Of a stretch of DNA of 64,000 nucleotides, positions 46,901 through 61,900 are shown one piece after another. The notes beneath the pieces were generated by a model. It was not told where the DNA came from and ran no database searches. It saw only the letters and a list, made by a program, of their open reading frames with translations. The stretch lies in NCBI GenBank assembly GCA_038087875.1, contig CM075981.1, positions 72,850,001-72,914,000 on the forward strand, written 5' to 3'. Each line of letters opens with the position of its first letter. Within the stretch, counting starts at the first letter, position 1. A program made the translations under genes and the position numbers. Origin of the DNA: Malacoraja senta (Eukaryota).

Positions 46901-49900
46901 CCCTTGTGGCTAAAGGGATCAGGGGGTATGGAGAGAAGGCAGGTACGGGATACTGAGTTGGATGATCAGCCATGATCGTATTGAATGGCGATGCAGGCTC
47001 GAAGGGCCGAATGGCCTACTCCTGCACCTAATTTCTATGTATCTATGTATCTATGTAATAGAAACGGAATGGTATTGAGGCTAAAGATTACGATTCAATG
47101 GGGATCTAGAATTCTTGGCAAGACTTGGTAGATTAGGAGCGAGTGGGCAAAAAAATCTGATGTATGATTGTGTTGTGAGGTATTTTTAGACGTGGAAGCA
47201 CTCTTCTCACTTTTAGGCTGCAAGCAAAAGAGATTCTTCACAAAATAACAGCAGTGTTTGGCACAGATATATCTAAAGAAGATTCACTTGTTATAATGAT
47301 TCTGTTTCTCTTGTCTCCAAGCTCATCTATTCGTTTGATTGTGATAGCACGAAAGGCTTGGTTGACTGCTTCACTATGATGAAATCGTTCAAACTTTCCA
47401 AGTGAATCACATAAAATATGCTCCACAATACAAGGATTTGTGGGTAGGTAGGTTAATTGGCCATTGTAAATTGCCCCTAGTGTGTAAATTAATGGAAGAT
47501 TCTCAGGTACTTGATGGAAATGTGGGGAAAATTGAATCTAGCAAGCATCCACTTTTACACTAGTCCTACTCAAACGCATTCTATTTTCCCCACATTTCCA
47601 TCAAGTACCTGAGAATCTTCCATTAATTTACACACTAGGGGCAATTTACAATGGCCAATTAACCTACCTACCCACAAATCCTTGTATTGTGGAACATCCA
47701 GAGAAAACCCAAATGGTCACATGGAGAATGTGCAAACTCCACACAGGCAGCATTGGCTGAAAAGATTGAACCTAGGCTACTGCAGCTGTGTGGCAGCAAC
47801 TCTACTAGTTACGCCACTGTGTTGCTTAAAGGGCAGGCTGTTTTTTGGGGACTCTTTAAGATTAAGTCTTTCAGTCAATTGACCCTTATGCTGAGGAGAA
47901 GCCTACTATGATTGTGTCCTTCATTCAAGAAGGAGATGAAAATTGGTCTAGCCTGCTGAGTGTGTCCAGCATTTTCTCATATTACTGCTGTTCAGGAAGT
48001 TGTATGTTGGAGATGTGTTGCTAGAATGACCCTGAAGGATAGGCTTTCTTTCCTTCCTCCAACCTCTTCTGGCAGGTTGTTCAGTGGGTCTTTTCCCATT
48101 TCAACTTTCAGTCATGCTGGGGTCTGGGCGAGTAGCCCCAAATCAACCATCTCCTCACATACACCGAAGCCATCTTGAGGTAAAACTCCCATGCAGTGTA
48201 GTTGTCTGCAATCAAGTACACATATCCACCTCCTGCAAGTATGGTGACTAGTTTTATTTCACAATAAAGCTTTATAAAAATCACGCAGAAAATTATAGTT
48301 TCCAAATACCATCCCTAATTATTCTCATTTCTAAGTACGTTCCTTGGGAACTAAGAGTGCTATGTCCTTATTAAGCACCCTTTTACTGGATGTCAACTGT
48401 ATCTACGACATTCTAATCTCCAAGTCTGAAGGCCGGATTGTCTTAACCTGCGCTGGAGCCTCGAGTGCAAGGTTTAGGCTGAGGTTTGAGTGCAGTTTTG
48501 TGAGAGTGGAGAACAATCATATTTTGTTTGGGATAATTAAGGAAGCTGATAGGGGAAATATGAATGAAACAATCGTGAAACTCTTGAAACATACCACTGT
48601 TAAATTAGAAAATGTCCAATACAGACGTATCCCTAAAGACAATTGACACCTTAATGAGTAAGAGTAACTTTTACTCCTGTACTCCAACGTTTAGAGAAAC
48701 TGTGCTATTTGTATGCTTGATGTCAATAAGCGAGTTTGGTATTCTGACTGCGCATGCCCAGGTCATAGGTCACTAGTTATAAACAGTCTCGGCAACGGTG
48801 GTGCTGCATTGTGTGCAGGCTTGCGTTTCGTCCGTAGTCGGGGTCGGGCCCGGCTCTACGTCGCTGCAGGCGCTGTCTAGTTGCTGTTGGGCCATTCCCG
48901 TCCCCTCCACGGTGTCCCGTCCCTGTCTGGAGGTGTCCAGGGTGGCCCTGGGCTGGCGGGGCGGCGCTGGACTTGCAGTCGCTGGCTCCAGCTCAGCTCT
49001 GCCTGTTCTGCTGGATTGGCCGGCAGCCCTCCACCTCCACCCCCCTCCCCTCAGTCCGACACCGAGATCCTGCTGAAGATGGGCAGCCGCCGGCCCTGCT
49101 CGAAACCGGGCGATTCGGAGCCGCTGCTGCTGGAATCGCCCTGGTCGGAGAGAGAGTCTGTGGATGGGCTCCTGGCGGCAGCAACAACCCCCTCCCCCTC
49201 CCTTGCCCAGCCCCAAGCCCAGATTCCGGGCCAACTCTAGGTCGGGGCTGAAGGCCGCCAGCTGCGCTGCCCAGTCGAGCACTGGGCCGGAGGAGGCTGA
49301 GCCCAGGCTGGCCCTCTGGCGCAGGCGAGGCTGGGGCCCTCGCTCCTCCTCGGGGTTGTGCTAGAAGTGGCAGCGGGTACCGTAGGGGCAGAAGCCGGTG
49401 GTGTGGAAGGTGCTCCATCTTGTACTTGGGGTGGCGGCTGAGGGAGCACAGCTCCGCCAGGCTGTGGGTGAACTGACACTTGTCGCCATAGCGACCCATC
49501 GGGGAGCGGGTTCCTCTGGAGTTGGGCTGGAGTTGGCGCTTCTTCTCCGCACTGGCTGTGGGCCTGGGGCCGCTGGTGTCGCCAGACACGGCTGTTGGTT
49601 GGCCTGGCGGGAGAGGCGGAGGTGAGCTGAGGTTGGTGCTTCTCTGCGCTGGCTGTGGGCCTAGGGGCCGGTGTCCTGTCGGTCGGGACGTCACCGGCCG
49701 TCCCCCCGGGCAGGGATGGGACGCTCGAGTGGGGGGACGGGGATGGTCCAGTGGCAGTTCGGCACCGCTTGCTGCGCCGGGGACTCGGGTTTGATCCTGG
49801 CTGCGGATGAGGCGTGGGTCTGTGTATGTGCAGCTGCCGAGAGCCGGTCCAGTCAACCCCCCCCGTCTCACACTCGCATCTGCCCCTCTATCTGCCCCCT

Positions 49901-52900
49901 GACAAATACAAACTTGAAAAAAGACAACAAATTGGACCCAAACTAGACTCACTGTATCTACAGCGCTTCATTCGATTTTTATTTATAGCATTTGCCCTTT
50001 GACAAATTCCATGATTCCTTGCGTTTTTCGGAATACCGAACTCGCTTATTCTGGTGGAGGTCTCTGATGGATTTAAGATTATTATTGTATTTGTTTCCAT
50101 TCAGAAGTGACTCATTTAAAGTTTAAATGGTTATGAAAGAACTGCAGATGCTGGAAAAATCTAAGGTAGACAAAAATGCTGGAGAAACTCAGCGGGTGAG
50201 GCAGCATCTAATAGCCCTGTCCCATGGTACAAGTTCATTCCAAGAGCTCTCCCGAGTTTAAAAAAAATCAAACTCGTGGTAAGCACGGAGAATGAACGTA
50301 GCGGGTACGTCGGAGCTCGGGGACGTCTCTTAGCGGCTCGTAACGCTAATGGCAAGTACTCGGGAAGACTCGCTAACGGCAGGTAAGCACGGGAAGACTC
50401 GTGAAGATTTTTCTTGAAAAATGTCCACGAGAGCCCCGAGTACCGACGAGTGGCCAATACTGTAAATCTCCGAGTTCGAATCAGGGCAAACTCGGGAGAA
50501 CTCTTGGAATGAACTCGTACCGTGGGACAGGGCTTTAAGGAGCAAAGGAATAGGTGACGTTTCGGGTCGAGACCCTTCTTCAGACTTTTTATTTTTTAAG
50601 TTTAAAAATATGTTTCCCTTTGAAAGATGGGCTGGATCCTTCTGATTATGGCGGGAGGCTCTAATCAAAATTGCCACTACTTAGCGTTTAAAGCTGGTCA
50701 AGCCCTATGAATTGTTAACATTTGAAACTAATGGACAGACTTAGAAGCTTATATTGGTTTATTTGCCCCACTGTTGTACTCCTTGTGGACTGGAACATTG
50801 AAGCTCAATTTTGCTGGGATTAAGCAGCATGATCAGTTTAGTTTATTGTCACGTGTACCGAGGTACAGTGAAAAGCTTTTGTTGCACGCTAACCAGTCAG
50901 CGGAAAGACAATGCATGATTACAATCGAGCCATTCACAGTGTACAGATACATGACAAGGGAAGAACGTTTAGTGCAAGATAAAGCCAGTAGAGTCTGATC
51001 AAAGATGGTCCGAGGGTCACCAATGAGTTAGATAGTAGTTCAGGACTGCTCTCTAGTTGTGGTAGGATGGTTCAGTTGCCTGATAACAGCTGGGAAGAAT
51101 CTGGAGTTGCGCGTTTTCACACTTCTATACCTTTTGCTTGATAGGAGAGGGAAGAAGAGGGAGTGGCCTGGGTGCGACTCGTCCTTGATTATGCTGGTAG
51201 CCTTGCAGCATAAAGTGGACAAGCGCTTTTCAATTTTTTTTACGGGTGCACGATTGGAGATACTATTGATTTTAAATGGTTAAGATTTAAGACATTTTAA
51301 AGGAAGGTAACTGTTCAAACTTATTTTTGCTTTCATTCAATTCCTAATTTTATCAACAAGAATTACAGTGAGATCTTGATCATTGGGCCAAAGAATTTCA
51401 AATAAAGTTTAATTCAGATCAATGTGAAGTTCTGTATTTTGGGAAGATGAATGAGGGCAGGACCATTACAGACTCCCGGTAAGTATTGTATAGCATAGTG
51501 ATCTAGGAGTAAAAATACCTGGTTCATTGAAAGTAGCACCACAGGAAGATTGGTGAAAAAGGCTTTTGACACAAACCTGAGAATCATATTATTGGATAAG
51601 ATAATCTTGAGATGTTATCACAAGAGTTTGCAGTTTAATTTTAATTTTGCTAATAATTATTGATATTGGGATATTTTATTTCTTTGCCTAGTCTATCCAG
51701 AATTGCTAAATGTAAATTTTTGGACTCTAAGTCATCGATGGAAAACAACACGCAAAGCACAAGTTAAGGCTGAAGGGAAAGGCCCAGATTGTCCTGACAA
51801 TCCTTCCATGAAGCCATGCCTCACTCATTTATTGACTGTTTGGTATGTCCTGTCTTTGCTTCTATAAATTGTTTGTACTGTACAACAGATAAAGGTCCAC
51901 TCAAGTAGGGAAAATAAGTATCATAACTTTCCTAATACAGATCACGACAATGAAACACTTAACATAACTTTAATAATTCTTCAAACATCATATCAATATC
52001 TCTTTTCAATACAAAATGTAATTTTTCTCTAGGCTGAAACCAAGTAAGCAATATGTTGTTCTATTCATCAGGGTTCAAGACTTTCAAGAATTTAATCACA
52101 GCTTAATGATTTTATAATATTTTATACGAGGCATCAATTGTAATTTTAGCTTGGTGATGTATTTGTAAGAGATGTTTGAGGCTTAAGTTTTCATCCTGAT
52201 ATCTATCTATCTATATACTATTAAAATTCTGTGTGTGTGTGTGTGTTTGTGGGTGTCAGATTTGGCCTTTGATTCCTTGCTCCGCCAAAACCACACGCGA
52301 AAACTCCGAGATTTTTTCCATTTCGCTAGACATTACACTTTTACATACCCTAACACACTCATTATTAGATTTAGACATTTTTATGTACACATTTTAAAAT
52401 AAAATCCCCCCTCCCCCCCTCCACTCACTCATTTTGTCGCCTCCTGCTGGCCAGCCAACATAACGGCTGCTGCCGCCCGGCTCTGCTCCAAAAACGCCGA
52501 CATTTTTTTTCTTTCACTGGCGATTTTCGCAACTGCCGCCTGCCTCTCCTCCACTACCCCCCCCTCCCCCCCGGGCCGGCTCTCTCACGCTGGCTCAAGC
52601 GCCCGGCTCCTCCAAAAACGCCGACATTTTCATTTTTTCCCAGGCGATTTTCGCTGCTGCCGCCCGGCTCTCCTCCAATACCCCCCCCCCCCGGGCCGGC
52701 TCTCTCACGCTGGCTCAAACGCCCGGCTCTCCTCCAAAAACAACGACATTTTTCTTCATTCGCTGGCAATTTTCGCTGCTGCCGCTCGGCTCTCCTCCAC
52801 TACCCCCCCCCCCCGGGCTGGCTCTCTCACGCTGGCTCATGACAAACATCAGCTCTTCCCCTGCTTTTTCGCCGTCCTCTGTCCGAGGATGCCGAAAAGC

Positions 52901-55900
52901 AGCAGCGGAACAACCCATCTTTGCCTTCAGCCAGCGTGACAGAGCCGGCGCATTGGCCCGCAGCCCCATTGAGGGCGTACGCAGCGTCTCGATAGCCTAA
53001 CGCAGTGTCTCGACGTCGTACGCAGCGTCTTGACGGCATACGCCGCCTACGCCGTCAACACGCTGCGTACGCCGTCAAGACGCTGCGTACGACGGTGAGG
53101 CGCTGCGTACGGCCGTCCAGACGCTGCCTACGCCGTCAAGACGCTGAAGCACGTTCGGGAACCAGACCCCGGGGTCTGAAGCACGTTCGGGGACCAGACC
53201 CAACGGGTCTGCACTTGGTCTAGTATCTGTTAAAAATGATAAACTGACATCTCTGCTCTAGTTTAGATGGTTACTTTTGTGAGATCAAAGACAGATTAAA
53301 AAGTGGATGCTGGAGAAGGCCAATCAACCCAGTGAGCCTTCTATACCATTCTATACCATTTCTATGTGATGATGGCTGAACATGAAAATTAAGTAACCTG
53401 CTCTGCCTTCACTCCTGATCCCTTGATGTCCTTAGCCTTTTGAACCATAATCTATCTCCGTCATGAATATATGTAATAAATTGATTTTGGCTTCCTTCTG
53501 TGGCAGAGAATTTCACAGGTGTACCATTCTTTTGGTCAGGAGTGTTTTCCTCCAACTGAATGAATTACTCTGTACCCTTGGGCTGTGGCCCGTGGAACTG
53601 AACTTCCCACTGTCCACCTGAGCTGCACAGTCTAGTCAGGACTTAATAAGTCTCAACAAGGGTTCCTCTCATTCATTTATTCTAGCAAAAATCAGCCCAA
53701 TTGTCCAGACTATTATTCATGCCAACTTCAGTGGAATCGATCTGGTGATTCTTCAGTGGAATCGATCTGGTGATTCTTCAGTGGAATCGATCTGGTGATT
53801 CATCAGTGGAATCGATCTGGTGATTCTTCAGTGAAATCGATCTGGTGATTCTTCAGTGGAATCGATCTGGTGATTCTTCAGTGGAATCGATCTGGTGATT
53901 CTTCAGTGCACTCTACCCACAGCATGAACATCCTTCCTCAGATAAAGAGACCAAAACTGTACATCGATTAGCACGCAACAAAAGCTTTTCATTGTACCTT
54001 GGTACACGTGACAAAAAAAGTAAATTAAACACTGAGCTCGAGATGTCAGTAAATTATCCCAGTTTCTGCACTCAATTCCTCTTCCTATGAAGGCCAACAA
54101 CAAAATTTGCCTTGCTGATACCTGGTTTGTTTTCAAGGTTGATTTGCATGTTATCCAATCAGATCAGTTACTACTACACATTAATACAATCAAGTTAAAC
54201 TCAAGTACAATAAATAGGGCAAAGTACTATAGTGCAGAATACAGTTATGGAGATCAGGCAGGAAAATGGAGACGAGGTCAAGCTCAGATCACCCATGATC
54301 TTACTGAATGGCACAGCAAGTTTAAATGTATGAAAGATGACTCCTATTCCTATTTCACGTGTTCTTGTAGATATGATTTAACATTTTTTTTCTACCGCTT
54401 CTTTGACAATTTCTCTAATCTGCAAGGGTTATTGCAAATGAATCCCATAATAGCAGGTTTGTTTGTGATCACTACAAATTTCATGAAAAACTGGGCAAGA
54501 GCTGGCCCACAATGAAGAATCTACTTCAAATTGCTCGAGGAACTGTACCAAATCTAAACATTTAGCTCCTGATTTTATATCACTGAATTGCTTTTGGGGG
54601 AGGGAATTATAATAAGAATGTGAATCCAATAAAGTCAGCTAAAATTGTACCTCAAACTATCAGGCAAATGATACAAAAGCTTGAAAGCACACACCTTCAG
54701 ACTCGGGAACAGCTCCCTTGCCTCTGTTCTCAGGTTAAGAACAGTTCTCACACACTTTAGAGCTAATCCCGATCTTCCAACCTTCCTTCATAGCGACAAT
54801 GGACTTTTTCTCTATAAATGTAACACTACAATGCTGTAAAACTATATTTTACACTCTGTTATTGTTCCCTTTGTACTACCTGTTGTAGTTGTGTATGATT
54901 TGATTGTACTCGTGTATAGTATGACATGATTTAATTGATCAAACAAAAGCTTTTCATTGTATCTCGGTACACATGACAATAGTATACCTATACCAAGAGA
55001 ACAGCAAACACCGGCAGCTTCACTTGGGGATGACAGAACGGTATCATTATCACCCCAGATAAATCCAGAAAAGTGTCAATGCTTCAGAAACCATTCTTAT
55101 TTCTATGGCAATCTGCACAGAAAATAAATGGGTGTGGAAACCTGGCTTTGAATGACAGACAGTAATAATTATTTTTACAGGGTGATTAGTTAATAATATA
55201 ATTTCACATGAGCTGCTATTGTCATAATCCACAAAAACAAATTATGTGAATATATTTTTATTCTTTAAAAATTAAGGAAGAAATCTGATGCGGAGTGCAC
55301 GGAAACATTGAAATGTAGGAAGTTGTCGGTAATACTAAGTTGCCCAACACACTCCATGCTACAACAGTTCATATACTTTATGGTTGCTGAGATGGTAAGT
55401 AAAATCATTGACTCAATAATAGCATTGATTGATAAAACAGTTGCACGCATTACTGTAATAATTCCTTATATAGTAAATATAATGCCTGCCTCAATTTATA
55501 GGGCATTAGTTACGTACAGTCAGAAAAAACGAGTCTATCCCAAGGTTGACTCATGAAAATGAGAATGAAAAGTGTTTGAGCACTTCACAAACACCGCAAT
55601 AAATCACCTCGACCAACCATCTTCCTGCCCAATCAGGGTTGAAATGCTTTTGGTGACAAAAGCAAAGCTAATTACCTACTGAGATTCCCTAGAATCAGTC
55701 CATATCCTTTTACCTACAATTCAAATCACACAGAAAAGGTCTTTGACTACTGCCACGTACTGTGTTTCTCAACTGAATAGCTTTGAGGATCAGTTTCTGT
55801 ATAACAGTTGAAATCTTGGAAAGTTACTGGGTCAGAATGTACTGTGATAATAAAGTGAAAGTTAATCATCATCTCCCCTCTATCAAAGGCACCATTATTT

Positions 55901-58900
55901 ATCAGGAATATAGACATAAGGCGGCAGCATTTCTGTTGCCATTCAGTTTATATTACAGCAGGACATAGAAACATAGAAAATAGGTGCAGGAGTAGGCCAT
56001 TCGGCCCTTCGAGCCTGCACCGCCATTCAATATGATCATGGCTGATCATCCAACTCAGTATCCTGTACCTGCTTTCTCTCCATACCCCCTGATCCCTTTA
56101 GCCACAAGGGCCACATCTAACTCCCTCTTAAATATAGCCAATGAACTGGCCTCAACTACATTCTGTGGCAGAGAGTTCCAGAGATTCACCACTCTCTGTG
56201 TAAAAAATGTTTTTCTCATCTCAGTCCTAAAAGATTTCCCCTTTATCCTTAAACTGTAACCCCTTGTTCTGGACTCCCCCAACATTGGGAACAATCTTCC
56301 TGCATCTAGCCTGTCCTACCCCTTAAGAATTTTGTACGTTTCTATAAGATCCCCCCTCAGTCTTCTAAATTCCAGCGAGTACAAGCCAAGTCTATCCAAT
56401 CTTTCCTCATATGAAAGTCCTGACATCACAGGAATCAGTCTGGTGAACCTTCTCTGTACTCCCTCTATGGCAAGAATGTCCTTCCTCAGATTACGAGCCC
56501 AAAACTGTACATAATACTCCAGGTGTGCTCTCACCAAGACCCTGTACAACTGCAGTAGAACCTCCCTGCTCCTATACTCAAATCCTTTTGTTATGAAGGA
56601 CGTTTCTGCATACTTTATCATTTATTTATTAAAAGTCTGATCTTTTTAGTGTGTATATGTGTATATGTGTGTGTATATGTGGTCGTCTTTACATCTTCGC
56701 AAAAACGCTAGGCGGTAACGATTACATTTTTACATATTTCGATTGACATTTTTCCCGTCGAGGGAAAATCACCTTATCTGAACATTTCATGCTTTATTTC
56801 TCGACCTATTCTCAACTCATTAGTGATTAAAAGTCTAAAAAAGGTCAAAAGACTTTGAAATTAAAACCACCAGCTTCAAATGATGACATCACAATGGCTC
56901 AGCTAGCAGAGACCATCCTCAATGAAGATTTTATCCTATATTTGACACGTTATTTGCGATTAAAGCTTTAAAAATGGCAACTTTCACAAGATTCTTACAT
57001 ATTCTGATTAACATTTTCCCCCTCGAAGCAGAGATCACTTTCACTGACCATTTTATGCTTTATTTCTTGACTTATCACTGATTAAAGTTTTAAAAAATCA
57101 ATATACCCTTAATTTCAAACCGAACAGCTTTAACTGATGATGTCACAATGGCTCGACTAGCGGGGGAGGGCGAATTGCTATTGCAACACTCAGGACAAGT
57201 GCAATCGGAATTTTTTTTAAAGATCACTGCTGAGGAAGGCAAGGGGAGTGCTGGAATCTTACGTTCGGGAACAGCTTAAGTTGGAGGACCACGCCTCCCG
57301 TGGGGCTACGGGTTGGGACCGGGTGCGTTGAGGTAACAGACCCAATGGGTCTGCACTTGGTCTAGTTACTATTAAAGATAGTAATTTTAGTAACAGTGAT
57401 ATATTCTGTTTTAAATAGAAGTTATGCTGCATCATCTTTTATTGATTGGTGATAAGGATACTGTGCATTGTGTTCACCTCTTCCACAATTGGACCTTAGC
57501 CAGTGACAGTGCCATTCCCAGAGCTGGTTTCATGGTTGTTGTGGGAACAGCTTGAACATTTGGGAAGGATGAGCACTTTATCACTGAAGAACATCTTGTG
57601 ATTTAAAAAGTGCAGATGGGACCTTTGCGTCTTGGCTATTACAGCACTGTTAAATTTATTGTCTGTGATCCATCAGCAGGCACTCTAGACAATCAGTGCA
57701 ATGGCAGTGGGAGGAGAAAGTATTGGGAGTTAAATTTGAGGACTTCAGTGCAACATCAATCTTTTGTCCGTTTCTAAAAGCATGCATTTTCCTTTGAAAT
57801 GATCTATTTTTCAATTCAATTTGTAGATGCGTTGCTCAAATGTTCAAGGATTTCAGCACCCAGTGACAGATGCTCAAATGAGTTATAGGGAAGTCCTCTG
57901 CTTGAAAATGATGGAAGTAAACATGGAAATTGATAAGAATGGTTTTCCATCTGATCATCGTAATATATTTCTAGAAAACAGTAAGTGGCTTAAACTTAAG
58001 AAGAATTGTTAAGATAAAATTGAAAAATGAAAATGGTCTTCTCAATGTTTGCAAAATAGATCATTTTGTGCATGAAGGTCTAGAAATGTTAGTGTGTTCA
58101 ACAGATCACGCTACAGTGGCACAGATATTTAGTCTTAAAGCTTGGCTTGCTTGAGGCAAGGGGAAAATGTGTTGCCCGGATTTTGTTTCCCAAGGCTGGA
58201 CATCGGAGTTGTTCTCACTGGAGACCTGCAATATTTCTCGGGTAGACTGGGATGGCAAAGACTGGAACTATTTATTGAGAATCCAGAGTTTGGGGGAAAG
58301 ACTATTACTATTCACAAGGGTTCGAAGGGTGTGGTCATAAAGTCATATTGCTTGAAAACAGATCATTTGGCCCATTAAGTCCATGCTGATCAGTGGGAAC
58401 CCATCCATCTTCTCTTATCTTTCACCACTTAGCCCAGAGTCTTCTGCACCTGGGAGATTCAAGTTACCCTCCCGACACTTCTTGAATGTTGTCAGCCACT
58501 CTACTGCAACTCTCTCTTGAATTATATTCTAAGTACTCACTATTCTCTCAGTGAGAAATGTCTCTCCCAGACCCCCTCTAAATATTTAAGGTAGACAAAA
58601 GTGCTGGAGAAACTCAGCAGGTGAGGTAGCATCTATGGAGCGAAGGAATAGGTGACGATTCGGGTCGAGACCCTTCTTCAGACTGATGTGGGCGTAGGGG
58701 GGCGGGAAAAAGAAAGGAAGAGGCGGAGACAGTAAGTTGTGGGAGAGCTGTGAAGGGAAGAGGAAGGTGGGAGAAAGCAAGGACTACCTGAAATTGGAGA
58801 AGTCAATGTTGATACCGTTGGGGTGTAAACTACCCAAGCGAAATTTGAGGCGCTGCTCCTCCAATTTGCGGTGGGACTGGCCATGGAGAAGGCCCAGGAT

Positions 58901-61900
58901 AGAAAGGTTGGATTCAGAATGGGAGGGGGAGTTGAAGTGCTGAACATCAGGTTGGTAAATGCGAACTGAGCGGAGGTGTTGGGCGAAGTGATCGCCAAGC
59001 CTACGCCAATGTAGAGCAGTTGACACCTAGAACAGCGGATGCAATAGATGAGGTTGGAGGAGGTGCAGGTGAACCTCTGCCTCACCTGGAAAGACTACTT
59101 GGGTCCTTGGATGGAGTCGAGGGGGGAGGTAAAGTGACAATCCCCTCTAAATATTTAATCCATACCCTAAATCTATGTTCTTTAGTTTATTTACCTTTGG
59201 TATGGGGAAAAGTTTCCAGCAGGCTTTTCTATCTGTGCCCCTAATAATTTTAGGTACTTTCTTAACCTTCTTCGCTCCAGGGAAAATAGAGATAACCTCT
59301 CCAGTCTCTCCTCGTATCAGGATTAAACTTCACCTGCCAATTCTCCGCCCATTTCACTTGCACATCAAGATCATTTTGTAGCCCAAGACTCTCTTCCACA
59401 CTGTTAACAACTGCAATAATCTTTGTGTCATCTGAGAACTTGCTGATCATACCACCTTCATCCCCATGCTCATCACTTGGGTATATGACCAATAACAAGG
59501 GTCTCAGCACTGATTCCTGTGGAACACTACTTATCATAGTCATAGAGTGATACAGTGTGGAAACAGGCCCTTTGGCCCAACATGTCCCAACTATACTAGT
59601 CCCACCTGCCAGTGTTTGGTCCATATCACTCTAAACTTGTCCTATCCATGTACCTATCTAACTGTTTCTTAAACATTGGGATAGACCCAGCCTCAACTAT
59701 CTCCTCGGGCAGCTTGTTCCGTACACCCACCATTCAATGTCATTAGCATTCAATCACAATTTTTTTAGTGGAAATGCAGTGGAGATGAGGTCTGAACAAA
59801 GGATTCTGCAATGGCCTGGTCTAAAATCTCAAGCATATGTCCTACAAACCCACACGTCTTTGGGATGTGGAAGTAAAATAGAGTACCCAGACATAACCCA
59901 TGCTGTCACAGGAAGAATGTGTAAACTTCGCAGACAGTACCTGAGGTCAGGATTGAAGTTGGATCTTTGGCACTAAGAGGCTGAATACTTTCAGAAATTA
60001 TGCTTTTTCTTGATGTGTGTCTGATACACAGAAAGCTACACAAGTGGAGTCATAGGAGGCATGATACAGCGTGGAAACAGGCCCATCGGCCCAACTTGCC
60101 CACACCGGCCAATAAGTACCATCTACACTTCCCACCTGCCTGCATTTGGTCCAATATGTGTAGGAAAGAACTGCAGATACTGGTTTAAATCGAAGGTAGA
60201 CACAAAATGATGGAGTAACTCAGCAGGACAGGCAGCATCTTGTCCCACCTGCCTTGCATTTGGTCCATATCCCTCTAATCCTGTCCAATCCATGACCTGC
60301 CTAAATGTCCATGTAAATGTCAATAGTAGTAAAGTAATAAAATATAACATCAATTTCCTTTATGTAGATGTGAGTATTGTGAATGTCTAATCATTGATGT
60401 ATTAGTTCTAAGGAGCTAATTCGTCACTCTAGCATCAAACATACTTGCATCTTAGTTTGCAGTTGACATGAAAATTAGTGGAGTGATAATGAAAAAACTT
60501 TGTCTAAGGATACAATAGGACATAGATCAGCTGCAAAGTTGGGTGAAGTGGTGGGAGATGGACTTTGATCAAGCAACTGCGAGTTGATGCACGTTAGCAA
60601 GTGAATTCCTTGCAGAAATGGTAGGGACCAGGTAGGTGCGTTGATGTACAGTGAGTCCTTGGGGTGCAAGTCAATAGGTCCTTGAAAGTAGCAGGTAGAT
60701 AGGGTAATGAGGATGATTGAGGTGTGGAGTATGAGGTGGGACATCACGTTGCAGCTTTTCAAAACATTGTTAAAAAAATGGTCTAACAATGATAACTAGG
60801 AAACATCACTATTCATCTTCCTTCAGTATGAAAATAAAACCACTGTAATCCTGTGTTCTCTGTTATTTAACGAACTTTGTATCTTTTCAATCAATGTCCC
60901 TTTCTTGCTCTGTCCTTCCACTTTGCTGATAAGGCTATATGACATTTCACAAAAGTTCCCATCGCCCCTCTTAGATTAATTGTTATTGTAATTCTTTTGT
61001 AATTAGCCTGATTCCTACTGCTATTTACAAACCTGTACTTGTTGCAAGCATCTTTTTCTATTGCTTTTTCTCCCTCTCTTTCATCGCCAGGGGACCCAAA
61101 TTTGTTTTTCTTCTTTCTTCTCAATGGAATGCGCTTCCACTGTACCTGAAAAGCAGCTGCCTGTTCCACAGTTTAATTGGGCCAGATTCACTTTCTAGCC
61201 ATTGAGATTAGCTTTCCTCCAGTCGATTATTTTTATCCTGGATTACTCCACTTTTTCTATACCTAATTAAATGCTGATTAAAGGAACCCAACTGGCTAAA
61301 TTTAGCAAACATCTTGCAAAGCAGTGGTGAGCCTGATTTAATGGCACGGCTCAATAGGATTCAGTACAGTTATCCACTAAATATTAGGGAACTCATCCCT
61401 GCAAAGATCTCCTGTTGTGGCCTTGGGTCAAATGTTTCTGTAATTATTCTCCAATAATGCATGGTTAAGATTGTGATAATTGATGGTACACAAAAATGCT
61501 GGAGAAACTCAGCGGTTGCAGCAGTATCTATGGAGCGAAGGAGATAGGCAACGTTTCGGGCTGAAACCCTTCTTGATGTTCTCTAGTTGCTCTGTTAGCC
61601 GTGTTCCTGAACGGCCGTGGCTACGATGTTATATGATTTGGATGAACTGGATGAGGGAATTGAATGCAACATCTCCAAGTTTGCGGATGACACGAAGCTG
61701 GGGGGCAGTGTTAGCTGTGAGGAGGATGCTAGGAGGCTGCAAGGTGACTTGGATAGGTTGGGTGAGTGGGCAAATGCATGGCAGATGCAGTATAATGTGG
61801 ATAAATGTGAGGTTATTCACTTTGGTGGCAAAAACAGGAAAGTAGACTATTATCTGAATGGTGGCCGATTAGGAAAAGGGGAGATGCAACGAGATCTGGG

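Noticed and set aside
48993-49952. 319-aa ORF as a functional ZFP36-like gene
   Set aside because: Starts at a non-ATG codon; only a short stretch is in the ZFP36 frame; finger 2 is frameshifted with a stop; the matching ORF is broken in unit A.
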